DNA of 64,000 nucleotides, taken from positions 768,001 through 832,000 of the forward strand of contig OZ219785.1 of the NCBI GenBank assembly GCA_964291285.2, in the 5' to 3' direction. Position numbers and translations under genes: made by a program. Source of the stretch: Alphaproteobacteria bacterium (GTDB lineage Bacteria > Pseudomonadota > Alphaproteobacteria > Bin95). Below, one piece after another: positions 49,236 to 57,399 of this stretch. The notes under the pieces were generated by a model. That model saw only the letters and a program-made list of their open reading frames with translations, was not told the origin of the DNA and did no database searches. Each line of letters starts with the position of its first letter. Within the stretch, counting starts at the first letter, position 1.

Positions 49236-52200
49236 CTACCATCGCAGCGCGCCGCGCAGCATGAGGCTGTCTTCGGGGGCCGGGCCCGGCCGGTGCGCGC
49301 CCTCGAGGCCGAGGGAGAGCCCCGCGCCCATGCGGTAGCGCGCGCCGAGCCGCAGGGTGCGCCCGCCCGTCTCCGCCAGGCTCAAGCCGGCCCAGGGGGT
49401 GAGCACCGCCAGCGGCCCCGGACCGGCAAGGCCGAAGCCGTGGCCCACCTCCGCCTCCAGGCGGCTCTCCGCCTCTGCCGGCGCTGCGGCGGATGCCGCT
49501 GCGGGCAGGCCGTGGTCGAACAGCCGGTCCAGGCCGCTCTCCGTGCGCCCGTGCGCGGGACCGAAGGCGAGGAACGTCCCGCGCCCGTCGGCCCCGGGGT
49601 CGAGGCGCACCAGCGCGCTCACGCCCCATTCGTCGCGGTCCGCCTCGTGCGCCGCCAGAAGCCGCGCGCGCAGCTCCGCCGTCAGACCCGCCGCCGGGTC
49701 ATGCCAGGTCACGCCCGCCCCGGCCTCGAGGCCCGCCCCTTCGGCAACGTCGCCGCCGTCATGGCGCACCCCCGCCTCCAGCGCCGGCGTCAGCGTCGCA
49801 CCGCCCGCCAGCGCGTGCTCGTACGAGCCCTCCAGCAGCAGCCGCAGACGGGTCGTCCTCGCCGTCAGCCCCGCCAGGCCGTCATCGGACCCCGTGCGCA
49901 GGCGCGACGCCGAACCCTCGCCCTTCACCGCAAGGCGCGTCATCCCGCCCGCCATGAGCTCCGCATCCTCGACCAGGACGCTGCGCCCGCCCGCGGACGC
50001 GCTCCACTGCGTCAGGTCCGCACTGCGCGAAGGCGCGCCCTCCTCGGCAACCCGCACCTCGCCGGTCCCGTAGCCGAGGCTCGCCCACAGGGTCGAGCCG
50101 TCCGGCAGCAACCACGCCGCATAGGGATGCACCGACGTGATCGTCGTCTCGTGCACGCCCTTCACCCGGCCGCCGGCGGCGCCGGTCGTCCGCGTGTCCA
50201 GTTCGCCCCGCGCATGGGAGAGCGCCGCCCCGGCCAGAAGGTCCGGGCGCACCCGCAGGTCCGCCCCCAGCTGCGCCGACCACAGGCCGCCGTCCCAGGC
50301 GACATCCTTCTCCGAACCCGACAGCGACAGCCACTCGCCCCGGCCCCATACCGCCAACGGCGGCGGGGACGCCTCGCCGTCGGCGCCCGCCGCCAGCGTG
50401 AAGGACGCCCCGTCCAGTATCTCGCTCAGGGTCGGGCCGGGCTCCTCAGGGCGCGGCGGCGCGGACCGGGCGGCCCGGGCATGGGAGAGCGCCGCACCCG
50501 CCAGCAGGTCCGGGCGCACCCGCACATCCGCTCCCAGCTGCGCCGACCACAGGCCGCCGTCCCAGGTGACATCCTTCTCCGAACCCGACAGCGACAGCCA
50601 CTCGCCCCGGCCCCACACCGCCAACGGCGGCGGGGACGCCTCGCCGCCGGCGCCCGCCGCCAGCGTGAAGGACGCCCCGTCCAGTATCTCGCTCAGGGTC
50701 GGGCCGGGCTCCTCAGGGCGCGGCGGCGCGGACCGGGCGGCCCGGGCATACCCGACCGGCGACGACGGCAGGGCGCCGAACCGCAGCGAACTGCCCGGCC
50801 TGCCGGACGCCGCCGCCTCGATCCGACCCGTCACCGCCCCCAGCGTCCGCGACATCGCCGCCGCCGCCACATGCGGCAGCACCGCCGCATTCACCCGGTT
50901 CGCCCGTGACACGGACCCCGGCGCACGGTCGCGCAGCACGCCCGCAGCCGTCGCGTCGCTCCCCACCGCGTAGCCCGCACCGTCGTTCAGCGTGATGCGG
51001 TAGGCTTCCGCCCCCTCCGTATCCGCATCGGCCGCCGTCGGGATCGTCACCACCCCCGTGGTGCGCGCCGCGGCGCCGAACACCGCATCGAACGAACGCG
51101 GCCCCGGACCGCCCGGGACGTCACCGGCATCGAAGCCGCTGGCATTGCGCGCCGACAGCGTCAGGCTGACCGTCAGGCTGCCCGTCAGCGCCCGGTCGGC
51201 GGTCACCGCGAGGCGGATGTCGTCGCCCTCGGTCACCGCCGCAGGATCCTGCGCCAGGGTCAGCACCGGCAACAGCGTCGTGTCCGTCACCGTCACCGCC
51301 ACCGGATCGATGGTCACCGAACCGTAGCCGCCGCCCGAGGCGCCGTGCGTCAGCGTCGCCGTGTCGTCCACCGTGTCCTCGTCTCGGGCCGCGCGCACCG
51401 TCACCGTCTGCGCCGTGCCGTAGTTGGCCGTCGTGAAGGTCAGGCTGGCCGGCTCCACCGTCACGTCGCCCGAGGCGCCGCCCACCGTCACCGTGACATC
51501 GCCCGAGGGTTCCGCGTCCAGCACCACCGTGTAGGCCGCGCTGCTGCCCTCCGACACCCTCAGCGCGGTCGGCGTCACCGTCACGCTTCCGTCTGAAGCG
51601 GGTGTCGTACCGCCGCCGCCGCCGCCGCCGGACGGCGGCGCGGGAGCCGCCGGCGCCACAGGCGTCGCCGTCACCGGCGCATCCGGGCCGGCGCCGTTGC
51701 CGGCCCCGTTCACCGCGCGCACCTCGAACTGGTAGGCGGTGCCGTTGGTCAGACCGCTCACCTCGTGGCTGGTGGTGCCCGCACCGGAGCCGGGAATGTC
51801 CTCCCACTCGCCCCACTCGCCGCTGCCGGCCTTCCGCCGCACCTGCCACTTCGTGATGGTCGGGTTGTCCGGGTCCGTCCAGCTCAGCGTCACCGAGCCG
51901 CTGCCCGCCGCGCCGGCAAGACCGGCCGGCTTCAACGGCGCCGCATCCTTCTCCGCCACGCTCACCACCACATCGGCGATGCTCACCGAGCCGTAGCCGC
52001 CGCCCGAGGCACTGTGCGTCAGCGTCACGTCAGGGTCCGTGGTCGTGTCCGTGTCCGTGCCTGCGCTCACCGTCACCGTCTGCGGCTGGTTCCAGTCGGT
52101 CCGGGTGAAGGTCAGCGCGCTCTGGTTGCCGGTCATGACGGCGTCGGTGTCCACCGTCACGTCCCCCGACATGTCCGCCACCGTTATCGTCACATCCGAT

Positions 52201-52280
52201 GTCGGCGGCGTGTTCAGCCGCATCGTGTACGTCCTGCTGCCGCCTTCCGCCACCGTCAGCGCCGCCGTCGACACCGTCAC
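49236..52280 (-). CDS. Autotransporter adhesin, C-terminal part (Ig/Calx-like and Fn3 domains, beta-barrel)
   Basis: LTFT...W/Y...QTVTV repeats, Fn3 GLTNGTAYQFEVRAVN, barrel ending LRGALRW. Confidence 0.8.
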   Translation of the reverse strand: MTVSTAALTVAEGGSRTYTMRLNTPPTSDVTITVADMSGDVTVDTDAVMTGNQSALTFTRTDWNQPQTVTVSAGTDTDTTTDPDVTLTHSASGGGYGSVSIADVVVSVAEKDAAPLKPAGLAGAAGSGSVTLSWTDPDNPTITKWQVRRKAGSGEWGEWEDIPGSGAGTTSHEVSGLTNGTAYQFEVRAVNGAGNGAGPDAPVTATPVAPAAPAPPSGGGGGGGTTPASDGSVTVTPTALRVSEGSSAAYTVVLDAEPSGDVTVTVGGASGDVTVEPASLTFTTANYGTAQTVTVRAARDEDTVDDTATLTHGASGGGYGSVTIDPVAVTVTDTTLLPVLTLAQDPAAVTEGDDIRLAVTADRALTGSLTVSLTLSARNASGFDAGDVPGGPGPRSFDAVFGAAARTTGVVTIPTAADADTEGAEAYRITLNDGAGYAVGSDATAAGVLRDRAPGSVSRANRVNAAVLPHVAAAAMSRTLGAVTGRIEAAASGRPGSSLRFGALPSSPVGYARAARSAPPRPEEPGPTLSEILDGASFTLAAGAGGEASPPPLAVWGRGEWLSLSGSEKDVTWDGGLWSAQLGADVRVRPDLLAGAALSHARAARSAPPRPEEPGPTLSEILDGASFTLAAGADGEASPPPLAVWGRGEWLSLSGSEKDVAWDGGLWSAQLGADLRVRPDLLAGAALSHARGELDTRTTGAAGGRVKGVHETTITSVHPYAAWLLPDGSTLWASLGYGTGEVRVAEEGAPSRSADLTQWSASAGGRSVLVEDAELMAGGMTRLAVKGEGSASRLRTGSDDGLAGLTARTTRLRLLLEGSYEHALAGGATLTPALEAGVRHDGGDVAEGAGLEAGAGVTWHDPAAGLTAELRARLLAAHEADRDEWGVSALVRLDPGADGRGTFLAFGPAHGRTESGLDRLFDHGLPAAASAAAPAEAESRLEAEVGHGFGLAGPGPLAVLTPWAGLSLAETGGRTLRLGARYRMGAGLSLGLEGAHRPGPAPEDSLMLRGALRW
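50214..50749 (-). repeat. 267-bp near-identical in-frame tandem duplication
   Basis: 89-aa unit ARAARSAPP...GAALSH occurs twice. Confidence 0.9.
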
Positions 52281-54748
52281 CCCCGCGTATCGGCCACCGT
52301 CACGTCCACCGTGCCCGCATCCGGGATCGCATCCGCAGAAGCCCCCGTCAGACGGAAGGCGTGGTCGATCACCGCCGTGCCGTTCGCCACACCGGTCACC
52401 GTCACCGTCCGCGCCGTGTTGTAGTTGGCGGTCGTGAAGGTCAGGCTCGCCGGACTCACCCGCGCCGCCGCCGTGGTGTCGCTCGTGATCCGCAGCGTCC
52501 CCGCATACGCCTCCGTCAGCGCCACCGTGTAGGTCGCCGTGGAACCGGGCGCCACCGTCACCGGCGTCCCGGTGATCGTGAGCGCCGCCGTGGTGTCGTT
52601 CTTGAAGGTGACCGTGCGGATGTTCGACCAGGGGCCATTCAGGACCGCGTCGGATGAATCATAGCCCCTTGCCCGAACCCGGACCTCAACCGAGGCACCA
52701 TCGGGATAATCACTGCCCGGACCAAATCGATTGCTGCGACTCTCGGCTTTAGCTCTGTCACCAGCCACGTTGAAAGTGCGATCCGTCCAGGCGGTTTCGC
52801 CCTTCAGCCGGGTTTCCGCGCCCCACCAATAGAACCTGACCGCGTTTTTCACATAGTCGTCCGCATCCGCCATTTCGTCCGAACCGCCGGCATGGGTCCA
52901 GGTCAGGTCGATCCACCCGCTCGTCGTCGAGGTCGCCGCCGTCAGCACCGGGGCCGCCGGATCGGTCTTCGCCGTCACCTCGTCCGACCACACCGACTGC
53001 ACCCCGGGACTGACCGCCGCAAACAGGCGGAACGTGTAGTCCGTCCCCTTCGTCAGCCCCGTCACCCGGGCGCTCGTCCTGCTCCCGCCCGTGACCGTCG
53101 CGGTCGTGCTCCAGCCGCCCGTGCTCTTGTACTGGTAACCCCAGCTCGTTATCGGAATACCCGACAGGCCGCTCCAGCTCAGGGTGACCGAGGCATCGCC
53201 CCCGGCCGCCGTCAGGACCGGCTTGGGAACCGTATTCGTCGGCGTCGCCTTCACCTGGTCCGACCACACCGACTGCACACCGGGACTCACCGCCGCGAAC
53301 AGCCGGAACGCGTATTCCGTGCCGATCGTCAGTCCCGTCACCGTGGTGCCCGTCGTGCTGCCGCCCGTGACCGTCCGGGTCCTGATCCAGCTGCCGCCCG
53401 CGGGCTTGTACTGGTAGCCCCAGCTCGCAACCGTCACACCCGACAAGGCGCTCCAGCTCAGGGCGACCCTGCCGTAGCCCGCCGCCGCGGCGCTCAGCAC
53501 CGGCTTGGGAACCGCCGCCGACGCCGACGGCGTCGCCCGCACCACCTCCGACTGCGCGCTGTTGCCGCCGCTGTTCCGCGCCCGGATGCGGAAGCTGTAC
53601 TCCACATCGTTGTCCAGACCCGTCACCGTATGGGTCGTGGTGTCCGCGTCCGAACCGGAAATCGCGGTCCAGCTGCCCCAGGCGGCGCTGCCCTTCTTCT
53701 GCTGCACCCGGTACCCCGTGATCGAATCGTCGTCCGGGTCGGTCCACGTCAGCTCCACCTGACGGTTGCCCGCCTCCGCCGACAACCCCGTCGGCGCCGC
53801 GGGGACAGTCGTGGTGGGGGGATCGTCGTCGTCGGTGATGGTCAGGGTGAGGGTGCCGTCGGTCCAGCCAGACCCCACAGCCGAAGAAACGAGCTTGATG
53901 GTCTCGTTCGGCTCGTCCCGGGTGTCGCCGAGAATGCGCACTTTCTTCGTGCCCATGGTCACGCCTTCGGCGAAGGTGATGTTGGCCCCGTCCGGATGGC
54001 ACCAGTCGGTGTCCGTCGGGTTCAGCGGCGGCGTGCAGCCATCGGACCCCTTGCCGGAGGCTGTGGCCGTGCCGGAGGGAGAGGCAGAAAGAAGGCTGAT
54101 CGAAAAAATCCCCGTATCCGGATCCGTCGCCGGCGCTCCCTCGCCGAGCGTGGCGGTCACCGTCACGTCCGTAAAGCCGGAGTTGCCCTCGGTGATCGAG
54201 GTCGATGTCGCCGACAGGGTGATCGTCTTCGTGGAAGCGGGCGCCGTTGGCGTCGCGGTGACCTGGTTGCTTGGGTTAGCATTAGAGCCGCTGGCGTGGC
54301 GCGCCAACTGGAAGGTGTAAGCAGTGCCGTTGTCCAGCCCCGTGACAGTGTAGGTTCGGACTGAAACCCCGCCGGGGATAACCTGCCAATTGCCGAAGCT
54401 TCCCGTGCCTTTCTTCTGTCGATACGACCAGGAGGGATTGGTGACACCGGCGGGGACATTGGTCCAGGTGAGCGTCACCTGCCCATTGCCCGCCGTGGCT
54501 TTAAGTGTAGTAGCAACAGCAGCCTGCGGCGCGAGGGCGGCGGCCAGCGCGATGAGGAAGAGGGCAGCGAGTCCCGCCTTCAGGCGGCGGGCGGTTCTCC
54601 CGGGGGCGCCCACCGGCTCAGCCCCGCGCCCTGACTCTTGAGGGGGGGGGGGTACAACGAGTTCGGGTTCGCGCGCGCGTGAGGCGCTCACACCCCTCCC
54701 GGACAGCCGCAGGTCATGCATCCCGACATCGCCCGGCATCCGCGTCAT
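52277..54748 (-). CDS. Autotransporter adhesin, N-terminal part (signal peptide, Fn3 repeats); frameshifted from the downstream ORF
   Basis: GGGAGG RBS, extended signal peptide, four Fn3 domains; continues in another frame at about 52282. Confidence 0.78.
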   Translation of the reverse strand: MTRMPGDVGMHDLRLSGRGVSASRAREPELVVPPPPQESGRGAEPVGAPGRTARRLKAGLAALFLIALAAALAPQAAVATTLKATAGNGQVTLTWTNVPAGVTNPSWSYRQKKGTGSFGNWQVIPGGVSVRTYTVTGLDNGTAYTFQLARHASGSNANPSNQVTATPTAPASTKTITLSATSTSITEGNSGFTDVTVTATLGEGAPATDPDTGIFSISLLSASPSGTATASGKGSDGCTPPLNPTDTDWCHPDGANITFAEGVTMGTKKVRILGDTRDEPNETIKLVSSAVGSGWTDGTLTLTITDDDDPPTTTVPAAPTGLSAEAGNRQVELTWTDPDDDSITGYRVQQKKGSAAWGSWTAISGSDADTTTHTVTGLDNDVEYSFRIRARNSGGNSAQSEVVRATPSASAAVPKPVLSAAAAGYGRVALSWSALSGVTVASWGYQYKPAGGSWIRTRTVTGGSTTGTTVTGLTIGTEYAFRLFAAVSPGVQSVWSDQVKATPTNTVPKPVLTAAGGDASVTLSWSGLSGIPITSWGYQYKSTGGWSTTATVTGGSRTSARVTGLTKGTDYTFRLFAAVSPGVQSVWSDEVTAKTDPAAPVLTAATSTTSGWIDLTWTHAGGSDEMADADDYVKNAVRFYWWGAETRLKGETAWTDRTFNVAGDRAKAESRSNRFGPGSDYPDGASVEVRVRARGYDSSDAVLNGPWSNIRTVTFKNDTTAALTITGTPVTVAPGSTATYTVALTEAYAGTLRITSDTTAAARVSPASLTFTTANYNTARTVTVTGVANGTAVIDHAFRLTGASADAIPDAGTVDVTVADTRG
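54642..54652 (-). repeat. C11 homopolymer in 5' coding region
   Basis: G11 on + strand, about codons 33-36. Confidence 0.9.
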
Positions 54749-54860
54749 GACATCATCCTCCCGTGCCGAATTCCAAACCTGCGCCGCGCCCGCACGGCCG
54801 CAGCGAACCCGCCAGTGCAACCCATAACCCGTCCGCAGGCCGGTTTCAACACGCCGCGTC

Positions 54861-54980
54861 CGTCTGCTCGGATACGGCAATGTGAGCATGACGCTGCGCT
54901 ATGCCCATCTCGCCGACCGCGACATCGAAGCCGCCGCGGAACGCGTCGGGCAGGCCATGAGCGCCGTGCTGGAGGCTTGA
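54861..54980 (+). pseudogene. Tyrosine recombinase C-terminal remnant (second-gene type)
   Basis: RLLGYGNVSMTLRYAHLADRDIEAAAERVGQAM matches the end of 40706-41869. Confidence 0.8.
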
Positions 54981-55021
54981 TGCACGACCCGGCCCGATGC
55001 TGCCGCTATCGTCGTGTCCGG

Positions 55022-55604
55022 TCAGAACTGTCGCACGAAGGAGAGTTTGGCGCGGTTTCGTTTGTAGTCGAGGGTCTGGGCGTTGGTATCGCGCTGCTCG
55101 CGGATGAGCGAGAGGCGGGGGCTGAAGCCGAGCACGGTGACGGCGCGGTTGTGCACGGAGAGCGAGAGGGTGCGCGTCTCGTCCCGGCGCGGCCTGCGGT
55201 CGATGGTATTGTGGGCGAAGCCCTGTCCCTGGTATGCGGCGCGCTGCAGGGAGGCGCGCAGGCCGAGGGTGAAGCCGGCCGGCAGCGCGAGCGTCGCGCC
55301 GAGGCCGGCCCGGGGTCCGCGGTTGCGCCAGTGTCCGGCATTGGCGCGGGTCCGGTTGTATCCGGCATGGCCGCCGAGGCGCAGGATCGGCAGGGCGGCC
55401 CAGCTTGCGCCGAGCATCGCATCGCCCGCCGGGCCGTCGAGCCAGGCGCAGCCGCGGCAGTTGCGCCGGGTGGCGCTGGCGTGGGCGAACAGGGCGAGGC
55501 GCGGCGTCAGGCGGTGCGCGCCTTCCAGCCGGACGCCGAAGCGGTCGGTCTCGGGCCGCCCGGCGGTCCATTGCCGGTCCACCACCGCCAGCAGGCTCGC
55601 CTCC
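55022..55604 (-). pseudogene. Slam translocator 3' half (third copy)
   Basis: Nearly identical to 28407-28989. Confidence 0.85.
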
Positions 55605-57162
55605 TTGCGTCCGCCACCCCGTCGGACACCTCCTGGCAGCGCGTCAGGAACCATTGCAGCGTCCGGCAGGCGAGGCCCGTTTCGCGCGACAGCGTCCGCG
55701 CCGCCGAGGCCGACGGCGCCAGTCCCAGCACCCGCCTCTCTCCCATGCACGACACGGCCCGGCGCAGCATCACCGTCTTGCCGGTGCCCGCATGGCCCTG
55801 CACCCCGACCGCCCGGTCCCGGCTCTCGACGATCAGCCGCACCGCCTCGCGCTGGCCCCCGGTCAGGCCCTCCAGCGCCTCTCCGGGGACGGGAGCTTCG
55901 GAGAGCGCCCTGACAGCACCGATATTGGCGATCGTGCGCTCGCGCACCTCGCGTTCGGCGTTGACCGCCCGCGCCGTCGTCCAGGCCTCGCCCGCCCCGC
56001 GCCGGATCGCCGGCAGCAAATGCTTGTCCCGTCGAAGCTCCGCAAAGGCCCCCTCGATCTCCTCAAGCCGGTAGAGGCCGGGCGAATGCGCCAGCGCCAG
56101 CGCCAGCGCGTCCCGCGCCGGGAAGACGCTCGCCCGCTCCTCCAGCTGCTCAAGAGCCCGCCAGGCGATCTCCAGCGCCGTCGGCGGCGCCGCATGCCGC
56201 ACCCCGATCTTCCGCAGCGTCCGCTTGGCGAGGCCATTTTCCTCGGCAAACGCCCGCCACAGCGCCTCAAGCTCCGCCCGGCGCGGCTCGTTCTTGCGCG
56301 CCCGCGTCGCCAGCGTCGCCGCCTGCGCGGTGTGCGCATCGTAGCGCCAGCCCTTCTCCCGGATGTAGGCCAGGATCTGTTGCCGCCGGCTCGAGAACGC
56401 CTCCAGCACCGCACGCGGCCAGCCCGAGATCTCGAACCCCGGAACCCGCCCGATCATCGACGGACGCAGCGCGAAACCCTCACGGCGCAGACGGTGCGCC
56501 AGCTCGTTGCGGTAGAAGGCCCCGACCAGCTTCTCCGACCGGCGCAGCAGCCCGGTCTCCGCACTCCGCCACTGCCCGCCGTCGCGCGTCATGTTCGCGA
56601 CCACGCAATGGGTGTGAAGCTGCGGGTCGTTGTTGCGGCTCGTGATATGCCGGAAGGTCGCCGCCACCAGCATGGGCGCATTCACCTGCACCGAGCGCCG
56701 TTCCTCACGGCTCCAGAGCCGGGTCCGCAAGAGCCGCGTCTCAATGTAGTCCAGCGTCGCCCGCACCGCCGCATCGTGCGCCCGCATCGCCCTGGCCGCC
56801 CCCGGACCGCCCAGAAGCGCCTCGAGCGACACCGACTTCGGCGCCGAAAACGTGATGTCCGCACCCGGGCGGTGCTCGTGTTCGCCGTCGCGAAGCCGTC
56901 CGAGGCGAATGTTGGTGCCGGGAACGTATCCCTGCAGCACACGCCGGAACTCTCCGGGCTCCACATGACCCGTCAGCCCCAGCGCCGCTGCCCCGCTGCC
57001 CCGCCACCGGCTCGCCTTGCGGTGCTCGTCATCCTTGCGCGCGTAGTAGTCGCCCGCCTCGTCGTCGTTCGCCGGCAGGTTCGGCCCGAGCCCGTGCCCC
57101 TCGCGCCGGAAATAGTGCACCGTCGAGGAAGCCGAGGTCAGGTTGAAAACCGTCGCCACCAT
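55605..57162 (-). pseudogene. MobF relaxase, truncated within the helicase domain
   Basis: DYY, DITFSAPKSVS, HITSRNNDPQLHTH, GHAGTGKT; joined out of frame to Slam remnant. Confidence 0.85.
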
Positions 57163-57399
57163 CGGCAGAGGTTACCCCATCGCGGACGGCGGCGTGTCAA
57201 CCGTCCGGAGGCCGGTCCAAACCTGACAGGGCCGGGAACGCCACAGTGCGCCTGCCGCCGGGCCGAATTCGATTGCAACGGCCGGGAGCGCCGGGCAGGA
57301 TGCGCTCTGCGAGCCGACGCTTTGGCGGGCGGAACCGGCTTTTCGGCTCGGGATGCCTTCATGCCCTGCCATGGACCCATGCGTTGAGGAGAGAGCGCG

